A DNA stretch of 64,000 nt from Eledone cirrhosa (GCA_964016885.1 OZ024743.1:97154001-97218000), one strand, 5' to 3'. Numbered from the stretch's first letter, positions 27,625-42,879 are shown. Notes: generated from the sequence alone by a model not told the origin. Program-made: numbers and translations.

Positions 27625-27852
27625 GATCACCATTTGCGCTCCTCCCGTCTTTCCCTACAAGATGTGTTACTTCCCAAAAGAGCTGATGATGTAAACCAGT
27701 ATCACAATGCTCCACCTCTCGGACACCGACAGCAACTTCCGTAATCCCGCAGACGACCGAAACAATCTGTGCCCTCGTCAGTGGAAGACCTTCAGAGACG
27801 CGCATGATATTCAACACCGCAACAAAAGTTCCACCGCCTGTTAAACAAGCTT
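27625..27852 (-). other. Unique GC-richer island, possible exon
   Basis: Acceptor ATATCTGCAG followed by the open frame EACLTGGGTFVAVLNIMRVSEG..; no homolog recognised. Confidence 0.2.
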
Positions 27853-28469
27853 CCTGCAGATATAAATAGTCTAAACTATAATAAAGTAAGGAGTGTGGGA
27901 CTGCGTACGGTTTATAATTTTTTTTTATCCCATTTGTAAAATAAGTTGGATTATTTTGAATAAATAATGAATGAATATTACATAATTTATCTACTAAATT
28001 TCGTGGCTGTTGATTAAATATATTTCATTGTTTATTTAAAGTTTCACTTCTTTAAAATGTTTAAATATCAACACTTCCGGTTAGCGATCACTTAAATAAA
28101 CATTCATATATTTCCGTCACTAATTTTCTCCTAATGCAGTTTTTATATAATATCGTCTTTTGTTAAATCTATCTTGGATTACGTTACTGATTACATAAGA
28201 CAGTGTAATGCAGTCTTCGTCCAATTTCTGTGTATATTGTCAATTACGATTTTATTTGATGTATCATATCTACATGCATATATACCTGCGTATAATATCA
28301 ATATACACACTACACATGCTAGCAGAAAACCACCCGAACGGTGGTTTTTCTGCTAGTAATAGATAAAGCAACAGGGCTGGAGACTACAAATACCGCAGGT
28401 TTCAAGGAAGAGTATTCTATTTCAATGTGCATATGCATGCACATCTTAGCACGAACACACACACGCACG

Positions 28470-28554
<85 letters not shown>

Positions 28555-29301
28555 CACACACACACACACTAATATTGTAGTGAAAAAACGGGAAGTTATG
28601 TTGTAAGTTGGTAGAGCAGTTACTTCGACGGGTGAGTTTGGTATGGTTAGTTTCACAACAAATTAACAAACCACTCTTGAAGACACGTGTTTCATACGAA
28701 CGATTATTCAACTCGAAAAGTTTGGTAGTTTAGCCGCCGGCGACCATGCATCATAGTTTACTAGGTTATATATCACAGGTCAATTGCCATATGCGTGCAG
28801 GCATACATAGATACATACATACGTAGATACATGGTGGCTGCCAACTCGTTTTCGAGTACGGCCACTACTTTATATCCATGTAGGAGAACCCCTACCGATG
28901 CGCTGAACGAGTGTGACTTTTTAGTCCAGCCAGCGACTTGAAAACTCTACAAACACTACACTTGTGACAATTATTGAGACACAGTGGTCCCATGTGACGA
29001 CAAGTGCAGAGAGATCTCCATATATAAAGCAATGCCTGTGCCGTGAAGCTTTTATAGTGAGCAAAGGCACTGCACAAAGCCAGTCCCACTCTCTTTACTA
29101 AGATGATACATACATACATAGATACATACATACATAGATACATATATACATAGAAACATACATACGTACATACAAACATACATACATACATACATATATA
29201 TATACACATATATAGTTGTGTATAATGGTAGCTATTGTGCTTCCATAGGCGGTATGCCAAAATTAGCACTCGATATTCACCAGAGTAGAGTGTAGATAGT
29301 A

Positions 29302-29664
<363 letters not shown>

Positions 29665-29763
29665 CCAGGGAGTGTAACTTGTAGTTACTGTAGGTTCACC
29701 CGGGTGAACACTCGATGTTTAGGTTCACTTCTGTGTCGAGGTGTAGAGCTAGACAGAGTGTAT

Positions 29764-29864
29764 TATAGTGAAATAAAATAACAAGGACGATTGGTTACTC
29801 CTTCAATACGTTTTAAACGTAATGAAGGAGTAACCAATCGTCCTTGTTATTTTATTTCACTATA
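29764..29864. repeat. Near-perfect 100-bp palindrome
   Basis: TATAGTGAAATAAAATAACAAGGACGATTGGTTACTCCTTCA ATACGTTTTAAACGTAA TGAAGGAGTAACCAATCGTCCTTGTTATTTTATTTCACTATA. Confidence 0.92.
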
Positions 29865-29957
29865 TATATATATAAGCAAGATGTATGGTTAGATTTCAAA
29901 CTGCTAATCTTGAGTGAAACGTTGATGAAAATAATGAACTTACAATTACCTGTTATA

Positions 29958-30004
29958 TGCCTTGAAAAGTCCCACCATATGGTCGGACGAAACGGCTGTC
30001 GGCA
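29958..30004 (+). ncRNA. Variant (U3-A8) type-I hammerhead ribozyme
   Basis: TGCC-TTGAAAA-GTCC(cACCATATGGTc)GGAC-GAAAC-GGCT-GTC-GGCA, then AATAAA. All three stems pair. Confidence 0.8.
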
Positions 30005-30048
30005 ATAAACTTGTTATAATGTCATAAAAGTTCCTTTGTTCTTTTTCC

Positions 30049-30110
<62 letters not shown>

Positions 30111-30338
30111 GAGGAGATTGTTTTGGTAAAAAGAGGAGTAAGCAGGAGAAAGCTCTCAACAATCGTAGTTTTTAGTTTCGATGGAGATTTTTTAATAAAA
30201 ATAACAAAATAAGATGCTGAGGTTACATATATCGTTTAATCCTTATAATTATTTCCATGGTTCTCCATGCACTCGAGATATCCTTCATGCATTTGTTGTT
30301 GTTAATTATATGTGTGTGTGTATATATATATATATATA

Positions 30339-30441
<103 letters not shown>

Positions 30442-31809
30442 ATGAAATTTATAGCTCACACCTATGTAGGTTTAAATGGCTTCTTGTGAGACTTCATCTC
30501 ATATGAGGTTTCTAGGATGTTTTACTGAAAGGGGCCCCAGTCCTATCAGGAAAAGCTGCGTGAAATGAAGCGTCTTGCTCAAGAACACAATGTGCCACCC
30601 AGTCTTAGAATCTGACCCACAGCCTAACCAAAGATGCCGATACATACAGATTCATACATGCAATGTCATCAATGCTTGCACAAATTAATGTGAGTGCAGA
30701 TGTATACATACATTAATAATATATATAGTTCGTGTTTCCGTAACATATAACATATCCATTAATATTGCAGTTTATATTAAAGTATTTAAGCTTCTTCCTT
30801 CTGTTAGTAGTGAGTTATTCATCATTATACTCAGGCATACATTGTTCAGTACACATCTAACAAAACAGATTGCTATCTGAGCCTCTTTCTAAAACTAGTT
30901 ATAACTCTTAAATATTTACTTATAAAACCAAAATGGTTTGGTACTCTACAGCCTTTGATTATTCATGGAAAATAAACACTCACGTAATATCCTCAGCCTT
31001 GGTGTTTGTATTTCAATTGATATCGGAGAATGTGTACTATCACTTTTTAAAGTCAATTACCCAACATGAGAGGCTAGACTGGTGGACAAGGAGTGTACAA
31101 TCTGGCGGTGGTAACTCTCGAAATATGCGTTACCACTTTTCCGTTGACAAGCATCAGGATTAAAACTCAAACCTTATCCGTCATATCAACGATTCCACAA
31201 ATTCAGTGACCATGGATTGGTACTTTAGAAAGATAAAGTTGACCTCGACGAGATTTGAACTTTATTTGTAGAGGATTGGATCAAGTGTCGAGGCATTTGA
31301 GCCTATGGTCTAACGATTCTGCCAATACATTGGTCTAACGATTCTGTCAATACATTACCTTATTGTAAGACTTCATAATTTCTCATGATCTGTCATGTTC
31401 AAATGCCACATATGTACAATATTGCGAAAAAACCTGCATAGAAAAGTTAAGTTTAGAAGATCTCCATCACAGTTCACTAGACACAAGGAAAAACAATTGT
31501 GCCATACAGTGGAACACAGCTCGTATAACTGGGTTCTGGATTATAACAGAAAGTATATTTCATAGAAAAGGGATATAGTGTATATCTTTACTCATGAATC
31601 ATTACTACGGAAGTCTCTGGTCCTTAGCAAACTCCACACAATCTCTGCCTAAACACATCAAACGGCTTCTGGACGTGCTGTCTCCTCTATTTTCTTCTTC
31701 CGTTACTGCAGTGAGTTTTATTTCTTGAATCTTGCTGAAATTAGGGAGTCAGGACAAATACTACAGAGTATCTTATCTGGCGCTTTCACCCTTCTTCCCC
31801 ACCACCATG

Positions 31810-32218
<409 letters not shown>

Positions 32219-32924
32219 ATTCCTGATCCAGACCCGTTTTCAGTCTTTATTCGGATTATCTCCAACGACTGTTGTGCTCCCTTTGATGTCAGTGTGGACA
32301 GCCGCCGTCAACAAGGAAGGAATATTTTGATCAGGTTTTGGCCAAAGTAGCTTGACACCAAAGGGAGCTCGTCGCTTTTTAGTGGTGTCAATGAATGTAC
32401 CCTGGCTTCCTGTGGGGGTAGCTAACAAAACGTCCGCAGTCCTATATTTCCTTCCGTGGACTATGTGGATTTTTCTGCTATTACGGCACCCAAAGCAATA
32501 ATAATAATCGTTTTTACTTTTGGCACAAGGCCAGCAATTATCCCAGTGCATTACTGGTACTTTATTTTATCGACCCCGTAAGGATGAAAAGCAAGGTTAA
32601 CCTCGGCGGGATTTGAACTCAGACCATAAAGGGCCGTAACTCTTTGCTGCAAAGCATGGCGTCCGACCCTCTAGCGATACTGCCGTTGTTTCTAAATTAT
32701 GAACACGTCACTGAATTTGCGGGAAATAATTGGTCGATTAAATCGACCTCAGAACTAGATTGATATTTTATTGAACGGTCATTAAAATCATCGCAACCAG
32801 CAATTCTACCGCCAATGGATTCACTACTAACATCACCACTGCCGCCTTAACAGTGGTAGCAACAACAATAGCGCTGCGTCACCAACACCTTCACACCCTA
32901 AACAACACCAATCATTAATTACCT

Positions 32925-33102
32925 CACTACCACATCACCACCACCACCAACACAACTATCTCTAACATCACCACCACCTCCACCACCAACACTACTACCA
33001 CCACCACCACCACCACCACCACCACCACCAACACTAACACCACCACCACCACCACCACTACCACCACCACCATCAACCACCACTACCACTACCACTACCA
33101 CC

Positions 33103-33133
<31 letters not shown>

Positions 33134-33690
33134 CCGCCGCCGCCACTACCACCACCACCACCACCACCATCACTACCACCACCAACCACCTCCACCGCCA
33201 CCACCACCACCACCACCACCACCACCACTACCCCCCTACCACAACCACCACCACCACCACCACCACCATCACCATCAGCAACGCCCCCCCCCCCTACCCC
33301 CCAGCCCCACCACCGCACCATCATGGTATTGCCGATCAACAATAACAATATCAACAACATTATAACACAGCAGCACTAACAACAACAACAACCACAACAG
33401 CACTAACAACAATAACAACACCACTAACAACAACAACAATAACAACACCACTAACAACAACCACAACAGCAGCAGTAACAACAACAACCACAACAGCAGC
33501 ACTAACAACAACCACAACAGCAGTAACAACAACAACAATAACAACACCACTAACAACAACCACAACAGCAGCACAAACAACAACCACAACAGCACTAACA
33601 ACAACCACAACAGCACTAACAACCACCACAATAACAACGACAGTAACAACAACCACAATAACAACAGCAGCAACAACAGTAGTCCAAAAC
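32925..33690. repeat. (CCA)n then (CAA)n-based low-complexity arrays
   Basis: Direct reading. Confidence 0.9.
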
Positions 33691-33898
33691 AACAGTGTTG
33701 TTGTTATGTCGGTTGTTTTCTTTGATCCCCATAAAATAGTTACAATGACAAGATACAGCCGACTGAATCTAGGCGGACAAGATATTGTATAATTGATGTG
33801 CAATTTATTGGTTTGCACTGTCTGCTCTAAATCTTCGCCGACCTCAGTAACAACAACAACAGCAGCAACATCAGCAAAAACAACAACAGCTAAACTAA

Positions 33899-34089
33899 TA
33901 ATTGTTTCTACTTTTGGCACAAGGCCAGCAATTACCCAGTGTATTACTGGTACTTTATTTTATCGACCTCGTAAGGATAAAAGGCAAAGTTAACCTCGGC
34001 GGGATTTGAACTCAGGCCATAAAGGGCCGTAACTCTTTGCTGCAAACCATGGCGTCCGACCCTCTACCGATACTGCCAATTCACCGCCC
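33899..34089 (-). mobile_element. tRNA-SINE family 1, full-length with TSD
   Basis: Flanked by TAAACTAATAAT on both sides. Confidence 0.9.
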
Positions 34090-35087
34090 TAAACTAATAA
34101 TGTTTTCTGATTTAGGCACAAGGCCAGCAAATTTGTAGCCTTGGAGAAATCGAATAATCAACACCAGTGCGTTACAGGTTCTTTTCTCGACAACATAAGA
34201 CTGAAAGGCAAAGCTAACCTCTCCTTAGTAGTTGAACTCAGAATGCAAAGGGACGTAACTATATACCATAAAGCATGATGTTTGACGCTCTACTGTTAAT
34301 GCTAATCCACCGCCCTTACAATTACTTCTATGATTGGCTCAAGGTCAACAATTCGAAGGAGAAAGTTGATTATATCGAGCTCAGTTCTTGACCAGTACTT
34401 TATTGTATCAACTCTCTGGCAGGATGAAAGGCAGAGCTGACCGCGCTGGGATTTAAACGCAGAATGTAAAGAGTCGAAATACTTCAAACCATTTGTATGA
34501 CTCTTTAACGATTCTGCCAATAATGGTTTCTAATGATAATAGCTTCTAATTTCGGCAAAAGGCCAGCAATTTGGAGAGAAGGGAAGGGGAAAGGAAACTC
34601 CATGAAATTGACCCCTGTACTTGACTGATACATTATCAACACCGGAAGGATAAAAGGCAAAGTTGGATATAAAGAGTTGGAAGAAATACCGAAAGTATTT
34701 GTCCAACGCTTTATCGATGTTGTCATAGCGACGTAGAGTAAAAGATAATTGGTTTGGACTAAATAACAGCAGGAGCACTCTGTAAAAGACAAAAAAACAA
34801 AACTAAAATGAATCTAATATCACCAAAATAAAAATATCAACGAAGGGAATAGTGCTACGAGAATCACACAATATTTTAAATTTTGCTACCATGAAAAAGA
34901 ACCCGGATGGTATTTTCATCTAAGGGTCGCATGCAATGTTATATGTGATTAATATATGTATATATATATATATATATTTTTTTTTTTCAGATAAAGAATC
35001 TTGCTAAACAAATTCAGAAACGAAATATATACATATATATATATATATTTCGCAAGATTCCTTATCTGAAAACGTGTGTTGAAACCG

Positions 35088-35628
35088 ATATTGTTATGCT
35101 TTGGGAGGGTCATGTTGCCAATAAAAAAACACATGCACCAGTTGCTTTCACTCCAATTTATTATAAATTAAATTTATAAATTTAAGAATTTATAAATTTC
35201 CGGTTGGTTGGTTGATTCCACAACCGGACGGTTGTTCATATATTGTCAAAGTTCTTTCGTCACACATTCTGTGACCTCCTCAGTGACTTGGGATTCTTTT
35301 CTTTGTTTTTGTGTCTCTCCATTGTTCTGTCCTACGCCATCTTGTTTTTGTGTGTGTTGTGTGCTTAGTTTGCGCATGTGTTACATCCGGGTGTCTGTGT
35401 GTGTTTATATTTGTTTATTTATTTGTTTATTTACATGTTACTGGTTGGTTGTTTGTTCTATGTGTGTTTTCATTTGTGTGACGAAAGAACTCTGACAATA
35501 TATGAACAACCGTCCGGTTGTGGAACCAACCAACCAAACGGAAATTTATAAATTTAATTTATAATAAATTGGAGTGAAAGCAACTGGTGCGTGTGTTTCT
35601 TATTGGCAACATGACCCTCCCAAAGCAT

Positions 35629-35636
<8 letters not shown>
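35088..35636. repeat. Fold-back element with about 170-bp arms
   Basis: ATATTGTTATGCTTTGGGAGGGTCATGTTGCCAATAA..TTTCGTCACACA is inverted against TGTGTGACGAAA..TTATTGGCAACATGACCCTCCCAAAGCATAACAATAT. Confidence 0.92.
35245..35287 (-). ncRNA. Minimal type-I hammerhead ribozyme
   Basis: Minus strand GTCA-CTGAGGA-G-GTCACA(GAATG)TGTGAC-GAAAG-AA-CTT-TGAC. The opposite arm has CTC at the triplet. Confidence 0.8.
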
Positions 35637-35713
<77 letters not shown>

Positions 35714-35751
35714 TAAATATACACGGGTGTGTATGATTGTGTATAGAAGAT

Positions 35752-36092
35752 TATATTAATAAGAGGAATTCCAACTTTGTCTGATTTACTCGTTTTATTT
35801 ACAATCCTTTAAAATATATATAATATGGTATAATAATGAAATAGTATGATAGAATATTAAATTCTAAGTGTTAATTGAACAACTACTTTCATGCTTTCGC
35901 AATCTTCAGGTTCATGATATGTGGTGACAGTCGAGTTTGCAATTGTCAACTGCAAGTTGAAAGTACTTGTTCAATTAACACTTAGAATATTCTATCATAC
36001 TATTTCATTATAATACCATATTATATATATTTTAAAGGATTGTAAATAAAACGAGTAAATCAGACAAAGTTGGAATTCCTCTTATTAATATA
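35752..36092. repeat. Fold-back element with about 135-bp arms
   Basis: ATTAATAAGAGGAATTCCAACTTTGTCTG..TTAATTGAACAACTACTTTCA and its reverse complement ending GGAATTCCTCTTATTAAT. Confidence 0.92.
35877..35913 (-). ncRNA. Minimal type-I hammerhead ribozyme
   Basis: Minus strand GAAC-CTGAAGA-T-TGC(GAAA)GCA-T-GAAA-GTAG-TT-GTTC. The opposite arm keeps the palindromic GAAAGTACTT. Confidence 0.75.
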
Positions 36093-36105
36093 TATATATA
36101 TATAC

Positions 36106-36175
<70 letters not shown>

Positions 36176-36210
36176 ATATGTGTGTGTGATTAATATATAT
36201 ATATATATAT

Positions 36211-37464
36211 AAACGAAAAAAATGAAACGAAATTTCATTTCCCCCTTTAGTACGGCTGTTACTTAAATATAAGAATGTAGACGTACATACATATATGTAT
36301 ACAGACGTACAGTAGTATGTATATATATATACATACATACATGCACACATCTATATATATATATATATGTACGTATGGATTCACCGAACATTTATTATAA
36401 TGCTCGGTGTGTTTGTAAACAAACATCCCGTATTCAGCCGTAGTGTCTAGCAACCATCGTTGCTTGTTAGTTCAACACTGACAAAGGAACGCTGTACTAG
36501 TTTCAAGCTTATTAGTTATCGTCAGCAACGCATGCCTTCCTGCCAGATTGTTGAACGTCTGAAAGTATATACTTTCCTTATGCATATTAACGGCTGAGTA
36601 GCCCAATTTGCATATCGAGTGGGTTAATCGGCCGGGTGCACCGAAAACGATAAACGGAAAAAATGAAACGTAATTTCATTTCCCACTCTTAGTACGGCTG
36701 TTACTTAAATATAAGTATGTACACGTACATATGTATACAGACGTACAGTAGTATGTATATATATATATATACATACATGCACACATATATATATATGTAC
36801 GTATGGATTCACCGAACATTTATTATAATGCTCGGTGTGTTTGTAAACAAACATCCCGTATTAAGCCGTAGTGTCTCGCAACCATCGTTGCTCATTTGTT
36901 CAACACTGACAAAGGCATTATAATAAATGTTCGGTGAATCCATACGTACATATATATATGTGTGCATGTATGTATATATATATACATACTACTGTACGTC
37001 TGTATATATATATGTATGTACGTGTATATACTTATTTTTAAGTAACAGCCGTACTAAGAGTGGGAAATGAAATTTCGTTTCATTTTTTCCGTTTATCGGT
37101 TTCGGTGCACCCGGCCGATTAACCCACTCGATATGCAAATTGGGCTACTCAGCCGTTAATATGCATAAGGAAAGTATATACTTTCAGACGTTCAACAATC
37201 TGGAAGGAAGGTATACGTTGCTGACGCTAGCTAATAAGCTTGAAACTAGTACAGCGTTCCTTTGTAAGTGTTGAACAAACGAGCAACGATGGTTGCTAGA
37301 CACTACGGCTTAATACAGAATGTTTGTTTACAAACACACCGAACATTATAATAAATGTTCGGTGAATCCATACGTACATATATATATGTTTGCATGTATG
37401 TATATATATATATATATACATACTACTGTACGTCTGTATACATATATGCATGTACGTGTACATA

Positions 37465-37468
<4 letters not shown>
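36211..37468. repeat. Tandem-plus-inverted repeat of an about 440-bp unit (pLTR-like)
   Basis: Unit at 36211-36650, partial second unit to 36915, then an about 550-bp reverse complement. A single related copy is at 59043-59593. Confidence 0.88.
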
Positions 37469-37511
<43 letters not shown>

Positions 37512-37679
37512 GTATATATATGCAGGCAGTATAATTGATTTGGGTGTCGCAGAAACCTTTCACTGGATTATACCATCAATTCCAGGGATCTAGGTAAATT
37601 CTTTCGTTTGACCTGTTTAGCTTGCTTCGTTTTTTTGGCTTCAGTGGCTCATGGCTTCTTGACCGCAATCTCACTATGT

Positions 37680-38160
37680 TTGACTTCTATAAGTTATGTT
37701 TATTGCTCTGGTCTTCTTTTAGTCCATTGAGCGCTTGCTGCATATCTCAAAAATTGCATTTCGCTTTGTTTTTGACCACTCCCGAAATTCAATCTCGCTG
37801 AAATTATATTTGTGTTAATCTCCCAGGTTAATTCTATTCGATAATTCTATTGACTGATTAATTGCTTAAGTTTATTTTTAATAACAACCCGGTCGAGAGC
37901 CTAATTCGATTTGTGCCGTTTTTGCAATTCTTGCATTAATTTTACACATGCTGAATTCATCCGCCAAAAACTGGGGTTACCTCCCTTGCAGAGTAGTACA
38001 CGTGGGTTAATCATTACTAGATATTACTACTGCTGACCTCTATAACTTATCTTTATTGCTCTGGTCTTCTTTTAGTCCATTGAGCGCTTGCCGCATATTT
38101 CGAAGGTTGCGTTTCGCTTTGTTTTTGACCACTGCCGAAATTCGATCTCGCTGAAATTAT
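37680..38160. repeat. Pair of about 130-bp direct repeats
   Basis: TTTATTGCTCTGGTCTTCTTTTAGTCCATTGAGCGCTTG..CGAAATTC.ATCTCGCTGAAATTATAT at 37680-37809 and 38033-38162. Confidence 0.8.
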
Positions 38161-38343
38161 ATATATATATATATATATATGGGATAACAAGTTATCGTTT
38201 TAGGTAATCCAGTTAGAGGATGTGAGTACTTTGTACTATGGATAGTTTTAACGTACGGCGTTGTTTGACTCAACAAGAGGTTTCCTTAGTTACGTAGCGA
38301 GTTTGCGAGAATTCCCATGCAGGTCATTCTTGGAGTAATAGTA

Positions 38344-38645
38344 GTGAAAGAGTGAAGAATAACATGGTCGGCTGTACAAAAAGGGTTTATTTACAGTATT
38401 AACAATTGTTTTATTGATCAGGTGAGTCACTCGACCTTAAATACAATGTACGTCTCTGATTAAATCATCGGAATACTGTATTTGAATCGATGATTTGATC
38501 AGAGACACACACTGTATTTAAGGTCGAGTGATGCAATTTCGAGTGATTAGCGGCCTTGAGACTCACCTGCTCAATGAAACAATTGTTAATACAGTAAATA
38601 AAACCCCTTTTATACTGCCGACGATGTTATTCTTCACTCGTTCAC
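38344..38645. repeat. Fold-back element
   Basis: GTGAAAGAGTGAAGAATAACAT..CACTCGACCTTAAATACA..TCTCTGAT.AAATCATCG and its reverse complement; the right arm has an about 30-bp extra segment. Confidence 0.88.
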
Positions 38646-38657
38646 TCTCTCTCTCTC

Positions 38658-38786
<129 letters not shown>

Positions 38787-39989
38787 GTGTGTGTATTTGT
38801 ATGTGTGTGCATGTGTATATATATATGTATATATATTATATATAGATTTAAAACAGTCGAGGTCAGTGTTGCGGCATATATACACACTTTATTTGCATAT
38901 TACAATTTTTTTTATATCTATCAGCTCAGGGAACAATCAAAGTGATGGGGTCCAACTCTTTTTCGACATCTCCTCAGATATGCGAGCTTACATGTGCTAA
39001 ACTACATCTAATATGCTGCAACACGACTTTTAAAAATCTATTTACACTCTGTACACTACAGCCGTAACACTAGAATACAACCCAAACGAAAGGGACATCC
39101 TAACAGCATTGAGTGCTTCGAACGGCGCGCCGCCGGTAACTGATGTTACACAACAAACAAACACGCACGCACACACATATATATTTGTGTGTGTGTTAAT
39201 CAACAGCCTGCTAGAAATTGGCGTTTTCAGTGGAATGGATGTCTTTCAAATCCAAGACAGTTTCACTACCATGCAGGAAAACATTCTGATTATAGCGATA
39301 TATACAAAAGCTATATCGTGAAGGACCCTATTTAATTTAGACTCCACTACCGTCCCATGTCATATAAAGTCAACAGGAATTATTAGTAATTCCAAACACC
39401 TCATATATATTGCAAAATTAACACGAGAATATATTGTTGCTGATGTTAGCGCTGTATTTTAACCCCAGGCAAGGTCTGATCAAGCAAAGGTATTCCAGCA
39501 ACGACTGACCATCGCTTCACATGTATTTCACTTATCAAATGCATTTCAGTTATAATCATTATCAAACGCGTCATTTTTTCCCCTACGAGTGTAGGCTAAG
39601 TTTTAAAGGAGATTCACTTGTTATTTCTTGCAGATTGATCAACCGAAAGGAGATTCCCTTGTTTGCTTGTTAGGAACATGCAAATATCCTAGTGTATTAC
39701 TGGTACTTTAATTTATCGACCCTGTAAGGATGAAAGGCAAATTTAACCTCGGCGGGATTTGAACTCAGCATGGCAAGGGCCGTAAATCTATGCGTCATCC
39801 GACCCTCTACCGATACTGCCAATATACCGCCCTTTATAATATATAATAATATATAATGTATAATAATATATAATACATTTATAATATATAATTGTTTCTA
39901 CTTTAGGCACAAGGCCAGCAATTACCCAGTGCATTACTGGTACTTTATTTTATCGACCCCGTAAGGATGAAAGGCAAAGTTAACCTCGA

Positions 39990-40160
39990 TATAATTTTCT
40001 ATTTCAGATGGCTGACACGAGTTCCTACAGTTTGGAGGAGAGGATGCTTGCAAGTATATGGACACATGATCGTGTGCATTCTGGCAACATGACTTCACTG
40101 CAAGATTCGGCAAACCAGCTCCTCCGAAGAGGACGATACTGTTTTGGTAAGGAGTGTATA
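39990..40160 (+). mobile_element. Tc1/mariner (DUF4817-type) transposase N-terminal remnant
   Basis: TTTCAG-ATG start, MADTSSYSLEERMLASIW, then a frameshift to FTARFGKPAPPKRTILFW. Confidence 0.6.
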
Positions 40161-40457
40161 TTTATCTTGATTCCTGTTACCAAAGGACTGAACTCATGAA
40201 GTTTCGGCATCAAATTCCACTGCCACACTTAACAGATACTATAAATAATCAATGCTCATACATATATGAACATATTCATATGGAAATACAGAGATATAGG
40301 ATTTCTTTTCAGGAATATTAGTTCTTTATTCAATCCATTAAGTTGTCTAAGTTTTTATTCAATTATTTTGTTTCTTATATATATATTTGTATATATATAT
40401 ATATATATATATATACATACACGCACACACACACACGCGCACACACATATATATGTA

Positions 40458-40518
<61 letters not shown>

Positions 40519-40564
40519 AAATAAATAAGTCAAATATTTAAAATTTGGCTTCGTTTATTACTGC

Positions 40565-40668
<104 letters not shown>

Positions 40669-40719
40669 TGTATGTATAGGTATGTATATATACATATATA
40701 CATATATACATATAGCTAT

Positions 40720-40795
<76 letters not shown>

Positions 40796-41047
40796 TATTT
40801 ATATATATGAATATATATATATATATATATTTATATGTGTGTGTGTATTTATATATGCACAAAATTCGAATGAATATGCATCTGTGTGTGAGATCATGGA
40901 TATATATATATATATATATATGTATACGTATATATATATACATATATATATAGCAGTGTGCTTGTGTGTGTTCTACATTAAACTTGCACCGTGGTATATT
41001 CCCTTCATCAACTATGTCGACTGGAGATCTCTATGGTTTCAGCACCT

Positions 41048-41126
<79 letters not shown>

Positions 41127-41292
41127 TCGTTTTTTGTTACTTTGTAAGTACCGTCTTGTGTAAAGTGCTTGCCAGTTCTCTATGTTAAATCTCTAATAGC
41201 AGATGTTCTGTCTCAAACTAACGTCTTTTACTCTGTAAACAGTAAATTCTGATAGGCGAATTAGATTACGCACGTCGATGCACACACACACG

Positions 41293-41436
<144 letters not shown>

Positions 41437-41581
41437 TTCTCTCTCTATATATATATACATGCAAACAGAATATATATATATATATATATATACATATAAA
41501 CAGAATATATATATATATTTATATATATATACGTACGCATGTATCTATGCATATGTGCATATGTGCATATATATATGTATT

Positions 41582-41625
<44 letters not shown>

Positions 41626-41746
41626 TGATCTCACACACAGATGCATATGCATTCGAATTTTGTGCATATATAAATACACACATACATATAAATATATATA
41701 TATATATTCATATATATAAATATATATATTATATATATATATATAA

Positions 41747-41782
<36 letters not shown>

Positions 41783-42178
41783 GTATGTATCTATGCATAT
41801 GTTTATATATATACATGTGTGTATGTACGTATGAAGATATATAAGTATACATGAGCTCAAACCCACAAAAATATATGCATTCGAATTATTTGTATATATA
41901 TAAATGCACACGCACACATACATACACACACACATATACACACACAAACATACACACACACACACACACACATACACACACATACACACACACATATATA
42001 TATACGCACGTATGTATGTATGTATGTATGTATGTATGTATGCATGTATGTATGTATGTATGTAGGTATGTATGTATGTAGGTATGTATGTATGTAGATA
42101 TGTATGTATATATGTATGTATGTATATATGTTTGTATGTATGTATGTATGTGTTTATATATGTATGTATATATGTGTG

Positions 42179-42244
<66 letters not shown>

Positions 42245-42308
42245 TGTATGTATGTATGTATGTATGTATGTATATATGTGTGTATATATGTATCTATGTA
42301 TATATGTG

Positions 42309-42344
<36 letters not shown>

Positions 42345-42374
42345 TGTATATATGTATGTATGTATGTATGCGTG

Positions 42375-42408
<34 letters not shown>

Positions 42409-42879
42409 TGCATGTATGTATGTATATATGTATGTATGTATGTATGAGTGTTTGTTTCTCTGTATGTTTATATGGATATCATTAGAAAAAAAAAAGCAAA
42501 ACCAAACAAATGTATGCAGACGACAGGAAAAGGGAATCACGTAAGAATGGAAGAGAGATGGAACGTTTGAAAGGTTATAGAACAAACCATAGAAATAGAA
42601 TTGCTAACAATGTGCACGGTGTGCGCATGCGTATATGTTAAACTTGTTTACACAAACATACATAAACATGCATAACTGGCAACCCAGCCTGTTTTCTGAA
42701 GTATTTTCCATTTCAAATCTTTGTTTGGTTGTATGTATATATGCATGTACATATAGATGAATGGATCTATGTATGCATGTGGATGTATGCGTATGTATGT
42801 GCATACATGCATATACATACATACATGTACATACATATATGTATGTGTATATGTATGTATATATATATATATATATACC

